A DNA stretch of 64,000 nt from a virus. Under the pieces are notes generated by a model that did no database searches, had not been told where the DNA came from, and was given only the letters and a program-made list of their open reading frames with translations. Location of the stretch: the IMG/VR virus record IMGVR_UViG_3300020187_000010. The stretch is one strand, 5' to 3'. Within the stretch, counting starts at the first letter, position 1. Every line of letters begins with the position of its first letter. Of the stretch, positions 25,996-35,616 are shown in pieces. A program made the position numbers and the translations under genes.

Positions 25996-27842
25996 TAGTT
26001 ACTCGCTGTGGTACGTAAACCTTTCGCACTTAATCTCGTATTATCATAATCTAGAATGTATTCTCTCTGTGGTACTATAGCACTTGCGTTAGCAGGAGTA
26101 CATGAAAGTTTGATCAACTTCGATTCGTCCGACTTAAATCCTACAAGATTGATGATACCAGAACCGGATTCGTAGAAACCGATGTTGTCGGACTTCACGT
26201 CACCTGTACCAACATCAATGATCTGGAGTTTGTTTGTGGTCAGAAGATTTCTAATCTTACAGTTTAATGATTGTCCACCAAAGGTACGTTTGAACGTAGA
26301 AGATTCTATAATGAAGTTCACATCATCCGGATTGGCGATAGGAGAAGGAAAACTAAATTTGAAATCCTGTTCTACACCAGCCGAAGGCGTGAAACGTTGT
26401 TGCATCTTCACATCTGCGCGAGATGATAGAATAGCAGGACTCACGTCATCCACCAAAGTCAATAAGTTAGACCTACGGAATGCCTGTCCAAACTTACCGG
26501 TATTGGTCGAGAAGTAATCTAGCATTACACCTTTAACTTGTTCTTGAAGTGCATTGATCGACAAGTTAGTATAGTCCGGATTGTATTGGAAGAAGACATT
26601 GGTTTCGACAAAAGTCTCTACCGGATCAGTAAATTGTAATCCAAACGAAGCAATAGAAAGTTGATCGACCAACACTCTGATATCGTCTTTAGTGATATCT
26701 TCTAGGGATTGTGTAACATCCCCTTTGAATTTTATTGACAGGAAAGTCTGACCATATTCTGGTTGAAGATTGTCTTCTCCACCCCATGCGATAATGTCTT
26801 CGATCAATGCACCATATGAACGTAACACCAAGTTAGCATAGTCAACGTGTGTTACCATTCTATTCTGTGTTGCATATCGGAATGGCGCATTTCGTCTAAT
26901 AGAATCCAATGTTTCTTTATTAGTACCACCAACAGATCTATTGACTGTTGATACTACAGGTAATCTTTGTAGACCACTACCACTAGTCGGTTCGGTCACT
27001 TCTACCGTATTAAGGGGTTCGAATAATCGTCCACCATTTGCATTCGCACCATCTACCGAGAGATACTCAACTGTGATCTTTGCACCAGCTTTAGGTACCG
27101 CACCAAGTGTGGAACCATTACCAAAGGTTAACTCATAGTAACCATTTGGTGCTTCCTTTAGAATGTATGCAGGAGTGGTTGCAGTTATATTAGTTGCGGT
27201 TTCTAGATTGACATAAGTGGTAAAGTCATCCGAAGTCGAACTCTCGTATATCTTAACTACCGCAGTCGCACGGTCAAGGTTAAGATCGGGAATGATGTAC
27301 ATAGTTTCTTCTGCATCTTCCCCTGCAAAGAAAGTTTTAGTCTTTGCAACACCTTCGTAAATAGGGATACTGGTAGAACCCGACAGTGTTGTGAACTGGA
27401 AGAAGTTGTTACCATCATTAGTAGCCTGAATCAATTCCTGAGTCTGGAATGTATAAGACGCATCATCAATAGCTGCGGTAAACTTATATCCAGATGCAAT
27501 CTGTAGAGTTTCGGGTACATCTGATTGATCGATACCAATGTTGAAAGACATGTTGATATTTGCTTGTGCCGCAGTTTTTGACTGTGGTACATAACCCAGT
27601 GTCTCTGCGTGTGATACGACCGAAGATCTCAACTGTGCAGTATTCAAGAATGATTCATTCAATGCCATATTTGCAGTGAGACCATTCAAATGCGTATTGT
27701 AAGCCAATACATCCAATAGATTAGATATACCAGACGCTTCGAAGTCATAGTCCGAAAACTCCGACTGTTGTTTTAAATATGTCTTTAGATTGTTTTTGAT
27801 TGCATCAAAATCTAAAGATGAGGAGTTAATAGTCGTTGCCAT
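25995..27842 (-). CDS. gp6: Baseplate wedge subunit gp6
   Basis: LDFDAIKNNLK.YL..QSEFSDYDFEASG...LLDVLAYNTH; QNRMVT..DY; AWGGEDN. Confidence 0.93.
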   Translation of the reverse strand: MATTINSSSLDFDAIKNNLKTYLKQQSEFSDYDFEASGISNLLDVLAYNTHLNGLTANMALNESFLNTAQLRSSVVSHAETLGYVPQSKTAAQANINMSFNIGIDQSDVPETLQIASGYKFTAAIDDASYTFQTQELIQATNDGNNFFQFTTLSGSTSIPIYEGVAKTKTFFAGEDAEETMYIIPDLNLDRATAVVKIYESSTSDDFTTYVNLETATNITATTPAYILKEAPNGYYELTFGNGSTLGAVPKAGAKITVEYLSVDGANANGGRLFEPLNTVEVTEPTSGSGLQRLPVVSTVNRSVGGTNKETLDSIRRNAPFRYATQNRMVTHVDYANLVLRSYGALIEDIIAWGGEDNLQPEYGQTFLSIKFKGDVTQSLEDITKDDIRVLVDQLSIASFGLQFTDPVETFVETNVFFQYNPDYTNLSINALQEQVKGVMLDYFSTNTGKFGQAFRRSNLLTLVDDVSPAILSSRADVKMQQRFTPSAGVEQDFKFSFPSPIANPDDVNFIIESSTFKRTFGGQSLNCKIRNLLTTNKLQIIDVGTGDVKSDNIGFYESGSGIINLVGFKSDESKLIKLSCTPANASAIVPQREYILDYDNTRLSAKGLRTTASN

Positions 27843-28291
27843 TATCGTAACCTATTCAGTCTGGTTGTAAATTCTACGGATTGACTAGAATTTACGATGT
27901 TAAAAATTATCGTAAGTGTAACACTGTTTCCGTTCTCATCTACTTCGGGAATTACTTGTAGAGTTTCGGAATTTATTCTTGGTTCGAAAACACGAATATT
28001 CTGTATAATCGCATTCTGCATTTGATTGATTGTGCCTTGATCCATCAACTCAAAAAGATAACTATTGAGGTTCGCACCAAAGTATGGAGAAAAAGGTTTC
28101 TCGGTGCGGTTGGTCATCAATAAGTTTTTCAAAGATTGTGTGACAGATGATACCGCAGTTTTCTTATACACGTCACCGGCACCCTTCGCTGCAAACGAAA
28201 GGTCAATGTCGATATACTCATTGTTCGATGTCGATTTGACAGTTGAAAAGTTTCCTAATCCCCCGTCTTCTATAGAAAATGCTCTAGCCAT
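27842..28291 (-). CDS. gp25: Baseplate wedge subunit gp25
   Basis: YIDIDLSF, SLKNLLMT..TEKPF.P.FG, FEPRI; upstream of gp6. Confidence 0.9.
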   Translation of the reverse strand: MARAFSIEDGGLGNFSTVKSTSNNEYIDIDLSFAAKGAGDVYKKTAVSSVTQSLKNLLMTNRTEKPFSPYFGANLNSYLFELMDQGTINQMQNAIIQNIRVFEPRINSETLQVIPEVDENGNSVTLTIIFNIVNSSQSVEFTTRLNRLR

Positions 28292-28317
28292 TTGTCTTTC
28301 CTAAAATATTATAGTTC

Positions 28318-28325
28318 TATTTATA
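28318..28325 (-). promoter_or_regulatory. T4-type late promoter TATAAATA
   Basis: Exact consensus upstream of gp25. Confidence 0.7.
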
Positions 28326-28938
28326 CATCTTCGAGAACTTCTACCAACTCATTCTTTGCAAAAAGTATTCCGTTGTATCTTGTTTCCAATTCATTTTTAT
28401 AGTATAACTTCCAAGTAATTCCATCTACCTTTGGCATTACGACTGTTACTTGTGCATTGAGTTTTCCTGTTGGATCCCACTTATCATATTCTAGAATAAG
28501 TTTATCGTATCCAACATAGTCCTTGATATACTCAGCAAGATCGAATGTTCTTTCATAATCGATCTCACCCTTCTCATCAACTACTTTGTAACTTACCATT
28601 TGACCGTCTTGTTTTAGAAGATTTTCTCCTGCAACTGTTTCTAGAGGGCCACCACGATAAACCCCTTCCGATACAATAAGACGCACATCTTTGAACATGT
28701 CAATGTTTCCATTGATTCTACGGAACAACTCTGCGTGTAGATAGAGATTGTATGCAAGTTGTTGTCTATCATTAGGACTGTTTTGATATTTGTCTATGGT
28801 CGATAAACTACATGGGTTTCCTTTACTGCCAAGAAACTTAGAGACTGATACTCCAGGCGCAAGTTTAGTGAACGAAGTAATATCCTTCGCATCAACTAAA
28901 GCTGGATTGTATTTCTGATCTGGTACAATTGTTATCAT
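28321..28938 (-). CDS. Hypothetical baseplate-region protein
   Basis: 205-aa ORF coupled (ATGA) to the gp5 C-terminal gene. Confidence 0.7.
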   Translation of the reverse strand: MITIVPDQKYNPALVDAKDITSFTKLAPGVSVSKFLGSKGNPCSLSTIDKYQNSPNDRQQLAYNLYLHAELFRRINGNIDMFKDVRLIVSEGVYRGGPLETVAGENLLKQDGQMVSYKVVDEKGEIDYERTFDLAEYIKDYVGYDKLILEYDKWDPTGKLNAQVTVVMPKVDGITWKLYYKNELETRYNGILFAKNELVEVLEDV

Positions 28939-30371
28939 TTGAATCTTTTACCTCTATTCTTCACGGAGTTACCAAGTGGAGTATAACCAAATCTTGGAGA
29001 TGTTTCTTTCTTGGCAATACGTCCTACCTTCGGAGGTAAAGGATTTTCCCAGTCGGATGCAATCATACCATTCTTTATCAGTGCATCGGGGAATGAGATA
29101 CCTTTCTCGTTCACGATTGTTCTGTTCGCTTCGTCTCGCATGGTAGATCGAATTTCATTTATAGTGGGTTCTTTTTCAAACAGTCCCGCATAGTCATCAC
29201 GTAACAGTATATGATTGCGTATTGCATCTTTACTATCAATTGATATTGCACGTATAGACAAATGTCCATCTGACAGAAGACCTGCAACTGCATCTGTCTT
29301 AGGTATTGGTTTCAGTGGAGATAAAGATTCCATATTCTTAGGCACATCAGGCGCCCCTCCGGAGGGTTGTCCACCTTTCTCCTTGGATGCAAGTTGCGCA
29401 GTCTTCGCATTCTCTGCTTTATGCGCATACTTGGATTTGATTGCTTCGAGTGCCTGTCCATGGAAAGAACCATAGAATGATGCACCCGAAGTAAATGGTA
29501 CCGCACCTTGTGGCCCCATGTAAACAGGGCCAGTGAACTCGACTTGTTCCCCTCCAATCGCACCTTTCATACCAAGTACTGATATTTCAGTTGCAGAGAT
29601 ATTACCCTGCAATGCAGTCATCACAAATTCTTCTTCGGCAGATACATGGAAACGATTACCGGTGAACATTTCAATCTCAGCACCTACGTTATTTTTCCAA
29701 TGACCTTTGATGGTACCATAACAGTTACCCAAAACAATATCTGATTTGTGTTCGACTGTCTTGTTTACCGCAGTACCTTTAGTTGTATAATTGGTGTTCA
29801 GTCCTACCGTTGTGGTGTTGTTCTTACGTATCTCGGTGTTGGTATTGCCATCAACGTTGACATTGTAATCACCCCCAACATTGACATTATAGTCACCTGT
29901 CACTTCAAGGTTGAGGTTTCCATTATACACCAACTTACCGTTACCTTCAACAATGACAGTTTGGTCACCACCAGTAACCTCGACCTTGTTATTGACCGCA
30001 GAGATGACCACAGACCCGTCTGCGCGGACTTCTACACCCGCACCCTTACGGTGTTTGATAAGAATACGTTCACCGCCAGGCGTGTCATCATACGAGATGA
30101 TATGACCCGATGCGGTTTCTTTTACTTGGTTGAACGGGAAACGAGAAGGTTCTTGGTCTTCGAGATCCAAGTCTGTTCCTTCGGTACCACCACCAAGATA
30201 AAGATTCTCTACTTTGAGACCACGTGCAGATCTATTTAATGAAGACCCATAATGATATTCCCTTTTGGGAAATTCTCCAGTAGGATCTTGGAAACCATCA
30301 ATTGGAACACCTTCGGTATTTTCAATTGCAGGATTGTCACCTATCGTTTTTTTATTTGTTGTAGTTGTCAT
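28935..30371 (-). CDS. gp5: Baseplate hub/needle protein, gp5 C-terminal part (beta-helix)
   Basis: FPFNQVKETASGHIISYDDTPGGERI..H..G..E motif and V.G(D/N)Y...V.G beta-helix repeats. Confidence 0.8.
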   Translation of the reverse strand: MTTTTNKKTIGDNPAIENTEGVPIDGFQDPTGEFPKREYHYGSSLNRSARGLKVENLYLGGGTEGTDLDLEDQEPSRFPFNQVKETASGHIISYDDTPGGERILIKHRKGAGVEVRADGSVVISAVNNKVEVTGGDQTVIVEGNGKLVYNGNLNLEVTGDYNVNVGGDYNVNVDGNTNTEIRKNNTTTVGLNTNYTTKGTAVNKTVEHKSDIVLGNCYGTIKGHWKNNVGAEIEMFTGNRFHVSAEEEFVMTALQGNISATEISVLGMKGAIGGEQVEFTGPVYMGPQGAVPFTSGASFYGSFHGQALEAIKSKYAHKAENAKTAQLASKEKGGQPSGGAPDVPKNMESLSPLKPIPKTDAVAGLLSDGHLSIRAISIDSKDAIRNHILLRDDYAGLFEKEPTINEIRSTMRDEANRTIVNEKGISFPDALIKNGMIASDWENPLPPKVGRIAKKETSPRFGYTPLGNSVKNRGKRFK

Positions 30372-32329
30372 ACGGCCTTCTTCAGTTTCAGACCATTTCG
30401 GTCTAATGATGTTTCTGTCAATGGATCTGCGTAAACAGTCTTCTTACCAAACTTGTTCTCAACAAAAGATATAACATCAAAGTACGGATCTTGAGATGAG
30501 ATGTCAATGTCATTGTGACCGAGAACTTGACCGCCCGGAACTATCTGGTAGAATATTTCTAGAATATTTTCTAGTGTCTTCATCTGAGATATAGTGAATG
30601 AACTCGCGGACAAATTCAATAAAGGATTGTCAGCTTCGGTCGCGACATTCACACCACCTACCAAACACACATCAATACAGTTAAACTTGTGGCGGTTGAT
30701 GTCACTTGCATCCGCAACATTATCTAAGGGTAGTCCACGTTGAAGTGTTCCGTCACGTCTAATGACCAGATGGTATTGGATACCAACATGTCCTGCTTCG
30801 TTGTGTCTTAGTTGAATCTCTTCTGCACCAATGTTTGCATTCGTGTAGGTTTCACTTGCATGAATTACAACCTCGGATATCTGTCGAGTCATTTTAACAA
30901 ACTCTAATCCAAGTTCTTCTTTAGAGTCTATGTAAGAAAATTCTCTAATATACCCTGCGGAATATCTTTTAGAGAGTTCCAATAGATCCAAATCTTCGGT
31001 GAAGAATTCACCCGCTTCGGAGACAACACTTCCTGCTATTGTAGTATCTACTTGACTAAGTGCATTCTCAATCTTAACAGACTGATTTTTAAAGTTTTGT
31101 AATTCGGTCTCGGATATTCCGGCAGCTCTTGCTTTACTCTGAACCTTGAGATTAAATTCTTCAACATTATTAGCATCTGTGCCTCTAATTATTGTTTTTA
31201 ATTCTGGAGATAATGTTTTATCTTTCAGTGTCAGTGCTTTGGTTGCTTTGGTGAGATTGATATCCCCGCCAGTCATGACATCGTTCATGATACCAGAGAG
31301 GAAATCTTTATCGAGTTCTTCACCTGCACCGAACAGTCCCGTAAGAATACCGCCGACCGAACCAGTCAAATCTTCGAATAGATCTTGTGCAGTACCAAAT
31401 CCTAAGTTTATATCAGAAGAAACATTGTTAACAAGATCTGTTACCGCACTTCCGATACTACTTGTAATAGCACTGAACCCATCCGAGATTATACCTTTTG
31501 CTTCATTGAGTCCAGTCTCTAATGCGGAAGTCAGTGATCCTGTCGCTGTCGCAGATGCGTTGGCAATAGTATTACCGACACCTTCGACTGCGGATACCGC
31601 ACTTGCAACTTCATCTAGTAAACCACCACTCTTTGACTTATTGGCAACTTCATCCAATTTACTCTGTACGTTCCCTATACCTTCGGTTATAGAAGCACCC
31701 AATTCATCACCACCGGCTTTGGCTTCGGATGCTGTTGTCTTGATCGAACTCAATAACGTACCTTTTCTTTCGGACGCATCTTCGATTGCACCGGCAAGTT
31801 CATCAAGTGCAGAACCACCCAATGAAACGATAGTGATACTTTCTACAGGCGGAATGATTCCTGTCAATGATTTTGTAATCTCGGGAACAGTACTCGGTGA
31901 GTTTTCTCCGGTCTGTACTACGGTAGGTACTAATTCACCATCAACCAATTGTGTTATTGGATTACCTGCGGAATCTTCGGTAGGGAGTCCGCTCCCATCT
32001 AAGACGAATTCTTCTACCTGAGTGGCTACATTTGTCACCGTGACAATAGGAACGCCCACATCAGTTATCATATCAGATGGATCTGTATTAGGGTATACTC
32101 CCGCAGTAGGAAGTACTTGGGACAATGAACCTGTGGTATCAGTTTTTGAATTGTTGTCTAAACTTTTGAATCCGTTCACATCAACTTCTACATTCTTACC
32201 GAGTATAGTTGATGAATTCAGTATATTCGCATCCTGAGACTTTACGACCTGTTGATTAAGGACATTTAAGTTTGCGGTTGATGTGACCTTTGCTTTGAGA
32301 CCGTCATTAAGTGTTTGGAGACTAGACAT
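30368..32329 (-). CDS. Virion protein with C-terminal N-acetylmuramoyl-L-alanine amidase (Amidase_2) domain
   Basis: VVIHAS..., YHLVIRRDG, DVCLVGG, FT..QMKTL, LGHNDI...DPYFDV; long Ala/Ser/Gly-rich N-terminus. Confidence 0.8.
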   Translation of the reverse strand: MSSLQTLNDGLKAKVTSTANLNVLNQQVVKSQDANILNSSTILGKNVEVDVNGFKSLDNNSKTDTTGSLSQVLPTAGVYPNTDPSDMITDVGVPIVTVTNVATQVEEFVLDGSGLPTEDSAGNPITQLVDGELVPTVVQTGENSPSTVPEITKSLTGIIPPVESITIVSLGGSALDELAGAIEDASERKGTLLSSIKTTASEAKAGGDELGASITEGIGNVQSKLDEVANKSKSGGLLDEVASAVSAVEGVGNTIANASATATGSLTSALETGLNEAKGIISDGFSAITSSIGSAVTDLVNNVSSDINLGFGTAQDLFEDLTGSVGGILTGLFGAGEELDKDFLSGIMNDVMTGGDINLTKATKALTLKDKTLSPELKTIIRGTDANNVEEFNLKVQSKARAAGISETELQNFKNQSVKIENALSQVDTTIAGSVVSEAGEFFTEDLDLLELSKRYSAGYIREFSYIDSKEELGLEFVKMTRQISEVVIHASETYTNANIGAEEIQLRHNEAGHVGIQYHLVIRRDGTLQRGLPLDNVADASDINRHKFNCIDVCLVGGVNVATEADNPLLNLSASSFTISQMKTLENILEIFYQIVPGGQVLGHNDIDISSQDPYFDVISFVENKFGKKTVYADPLTETSLDRNGLKLKKAV

Positions 32330-32331
32330 TT

Positions 32332-33201
32332 CTATACCTTCTTATTCGCATATATTTCATATACTCTTTTTACTTCGCTGTTGTAATCATCTTGAATAGG
32401 AGCATAATGACGACCTATAATATTACCCAAAGATCTTGGTTTGGATTTATCAATAACATCAGAATTCAAAATGCGAATGTTTGCATCTACGTGAGTAGTA
32501 TTTAGTTCATATGATATGAATGCCAATTGTGTACTGAAATGCCACCATTCATTACTGAATGCCTTCAGGCGAGTGAATCTAACACCACTCCAACCCATCA
32601 GTCCGGTACCGCCGATATTTGTATATGTGGTATCAAAAGAACTGTTAATACGTGAGATCGCACCCACAATCGCACAAGCTTGTTTGATACTGTATCCGGT
32701 AGAAAGAAAGAATTTGACAGCAATGTCTCTACGCAACTTCGAAGTAAACTCATCAGGAGTTTCATCTCTAAGTTCATTCTTCAATGCTTCCGAAGACTCA
32801 TCAATAGAACCTGTTGATTGATTATAGAACTCTTGGTCTGGACTTATTCTCTCAATCAAACTGTCGTATGCAACTTGTTTTTGAATCGAGGTAGGATATT
32901 CTGTACGGGGTAGTGAACCGATCACGATAGGAACTTGTGACTCGGTACCATCCATAAACATACCAAAGACAAAAGAACCCGCCTCAAGTCTTGGAGTAGA
33001 ACCCAATCCAGACACACCACCCTCAGTGGTAGGTAATACTACCTGCGCCCATGGGAGATCATTCTGTCTCACTTCACGGGTAGATGGGTTGTGAATACCA
33101 TGGATACGTACACGCACACGACCCTCCAACCCATAAGGTGGAGTGGTATCGATCACGTCAGCAACAAACCAACGAACCTTATCACCGTAGTAATTAATCA
33201 A
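32332..33201 (-). CDS. gp5 N-terminal OB-fold fused to a (probably degenerate) phage tail lysozyme domain
   Basis: WFVADV...GRVRVRIHGIH...DLPWAQV...VFGMFMDG..Q.P.VIGSL; then GYSIKQACAIVG...GLMGWSG.RF..L...QLAFISYEL. Confidence 0.8.
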   Translation of the reverse strand: MINYYGDKVRWFVADVIDTTPPYGLEGRVRVRIHGIHNPSTREVRQNDLPWAQVVLPTTEGGVSGLGSTPRLEAGSFVFGMFMDGTESQVPIVIGSLPRTEYPTSIQKQVAYDSLIERISPDQEFYNQSTGSIDESSEALKNELRDETPDEFTSKLRRDIAVKFFLSTGYSIKQACAIVGAISRINSSFDTTYTNIGGTGLMGWSGVRFTRLKAFSNEWWHFSTQLAFISYELNTTHVDANIRILNSDVIDKSKPRSLGNIIGRHYAPIQDDYNSEVKRVYEIYANKKV

Positions 33202-34552
33202 TGTTCGGCCCCTTCTCTAGTTTGAATACCGTCATTGCAACATCATGTCGAGTATCTCTAAAGGTATGTCTTGTATTGTAAATAAGAAAGTCACCACTCT
33301 TCAATTGATCGAGTTGATCAGGACTCTCTGGATTATTGTCATCGTTCAAAACATTGATACGAATCTTATCACCTACCGAACCACCCGATGCAATGAATCC
33401 TGGCCCAGGCACCGTAACATCCATCATATTTTTGAATATAACGTTTCGGAATGCGAGGTTCTCAATCTTCTTGAGAAACATACTAGGACTCACTTCGTCA
33501 TGGATACTTTTCTTATCGTTATAAACACCCCGAGATACTACACTATGGAATATCTTTGCATTGGTATTATGTAGGTGATCTCCTTCGATGTTCACATCTG
33601 CAATATCAGGTGTTTTGTATGATGCGTCATAGACATTCTGTTTCGCATAATTTATAAGTCCTTTCTCACTAGATTTCAATAATAGAGATTCTAGACTAAA
33701 GTGTTGCGCAGTTGTTCGACCATTGCTAATATCTGTCACGGTATACAATGAACCTATACCACCCGACATAAGTTGATTGAGTGTGTTTTGTAACTTACTG
33801 GTTTTCATCGTCTGTACTTGGAAGTATTGCATAGTAGTATCACCACCTTCTTCTTGTGCCTGTGTGTTAGCAGGAGAGAAGATGAAAGGAATCTTTTTAT
33901 TCCATGCGGGTTGTTGCAACATAACATCCAGACTTGCAAGTCTTAGGTTTTGATCGTGGATAGACGCATATAAAAAGAATGGCATACCCAAATCTGTAGT
34001 TGCTTTATTAGTCAACCAAGTTGCAGCCTCAAGGGGGTGCATGTATGGGATGATGCCTTTAAAGTTACTCTGGACAGTTTCTCCCGAATAAGAAAGATCG
34101 ACACTCTTACCACATTCGTTCTGACACAGTTTTACTATTTCAGTACCCAAGTTATCTCGTATTGCACGTGAAATGTTTTTGGTCTTACTCACGAATGCAT
34201 GTTCATCCATAAAACTGAACACGTATAACGAGGAGTTGCCTGAGTTAGAAGACTTGATAATGTTGTCGATACCGGTCAATAAGAAAGAACGATCCATAAC
34301 AACTTCTTCGGATTCGGTCTTACTCATTTCACTCAACATTTTGATATGGAGTCTGTCTGTTCCACTAAAACCCAAACTATCAAATACCCCTTGGTCATCA
34401 GATATTACGACTTGACCACTGATATATGGTTTGTCTAGATTCTCAAAGAACACCAACTCCACGATCAGAGAACGAACATCGACAATGAAATCCGATAACC
34501 TGTCCGAAGTTATCTCGGCAACTTGATATTTAAATTGGGATTGTCTTTGCAT
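33194..34552 (-). CDS. Baseplate hub protein (gp27-like position)
   Basis: FENLDKPYISG..VISD, IIPYMHPL, FFLY, SGDFLIYNTRHTF; lies between gp53 and gp5. Confidence 0.6.
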   Translation of the reverse strand: MQRQSQFKYQVAEITSDRLSDFIVDVRSLIVELVFFENLDKPYISGQVVISDDQGVFDSLGFSGTDRLHIKMLSEMSKTESEEVVMDRSFLLTGIDNIIKSSNSGNSSLYVFSFMDEHAFVSKTKNISRAIRDNLGTEIVKLCQNECGKSVDLSYSGETVQSNFKGIIPYMHPLEAATWLTNKATTDLGMPFFLYASIHDQNLRLASLDVMLQQPAWNKKIPFIFSPANTQAQEEGGDTTMQYFQVQTMKTSKLQNTLNQLMSGGIGSLYTVTDISNGRTTAQHFSLESLLLKSSEKGLINYAKQNVYDASYKTPDIADVNIEGDHLHNTNAKIFHSVVSRGVYNDKKSIHDEVSPSMFLKKIENLAFRNVIFKNMMDVTVPGPGFIASGGSVGDKIRINVLNDDNNPESPDQLDQLKSGDFLIYNTRHTFRDTRHDVAMTVFKLEKGPNID

Positions 34553-35616
34553 TATTGACCCATGAGTTCAGAAAACTCATTAACAATACCCTTTATAGAA
34601 TCGGGTTTGATGAGTTTGATTTGACGGAGACTTTCATTAACATTCGTTAGATAGTCTTTCATGGTAACTTCGACAGCACCCACCGGTTTGGATTGTGTGA
34701 GGGGATCGATATCAATCCAGTTACCATCAACATCTTCGTAGTGATGCGTCCCCAAATACTGAGGTTGTTCACCATATACCAACATTGATGTCGAAGTGCC
34801 CGCAGGATTGGTATATGACAACTCTTCTCCGGTTTGAAAAGATCCATCAGTCAAGTTCTTGGTATTAATATAATACGTCAACTTATATTCTGAAGTAGGA
34901 TCGAATGCGACATTGGTGATGGTTGCTTTTCTCTCGAAAGGATCTAATGTTATTTCATACGAAGATAATTGTAAACCATCTTTCAATAACACCCATGTAA
35001 GGGGTTGAGTAAAGGTTTCTGCCCCTAATGCATCTGTCCTCTCTAGGTTTATAATACCATTAGAGTCCGGAGTCACAACCTCTTCACGTACTTCCGAAGT
35101 CAATACAACATTGATAGTATCGATAATAAACGTTCCGAGTGATAGATCTCGTTTGATGATCTGTCCTCTGGTACCGGATACGTTACCCGTTACGATAGCA
35201 CCAACTTCAAATTGATCCGGTGCGGTACCTATAATTTTAGTACGATAGATTGGTTGGTTGTCATCATCATAGTAATCAATAACATCTTCTTGTTGCAACT
35301 GTACCGTCACCATTCGGTGTGGGTATCTTTTCTGTGCAGCACTATGGACTTCAGATAATGTCAATGGCCAACCGCCTTCTCGGATATGATCATTCACGAG
35401 AAAGAATGTCCAGTAATAATCCGTAGTGCCATATAAACGAAAGGATGTTTGATCTGGTCTTTCGTTGACAGGTATGGTATAATCAGAAAGAAATAGATCG
35501 CGTGACTTTATCTGATCAATCATATCAACATATTGTGTTAGATTGGTCGCGACAGAAAGAGAAGTCTCGTCACCAAACCGATAAAGTGTTGGTCTGAAGT
35601 TATAGAAATATGACAT
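34552..35616 (-). CDS. gp53: Baseplate wedge subunit gp53
   Basis: YFYNF, ERPDQTSFRLYGTTDYYWTFFLVN, WPL, HHYE, NESLRQIKLIKP. Confidence 0.88.
   Translation of the reverse strand: MSYFYNFRPTLYRFGDETSLSVATNLTQYVDMIDQIKSRDLFLSDYTIPVNERPDQTSFRLYGTTDYYWTFFLVNDHIREGGWPLTLSEVHSAAQKRYPHRMVTVQLQQEDVIDYYDDDNQPIYRTKIIGTAPDQFEVGAIVTGNVSGTRGQIIKRDLSLGTFIIDTINVVLTSEVREEVVTPDSNGIINLERTDALGAETFTQPLTWVLLKDGLQLSSYEITLDPFERKATITNVAFDPTSEYKLTYYINTKNLTDGSFQTGEELSYTNPAGTSTSMLVYGEQPQYLGTHHYEDVDGNWIDIDPLTQSKPVGAVEVTMKDYLTNVNESLRQIKLIKPDSIKGIVNEFSELMGQ

Noticed and set aside
31146-32021. 291-aa antisense ORF (also 35878-36588, 40255-40932, 41728-42270, 36759-37223)
   Set aside because: Shadow ORFs opposite well-supported genes with biased codon usage; low-complexity Ser/Pro/Leu translations.
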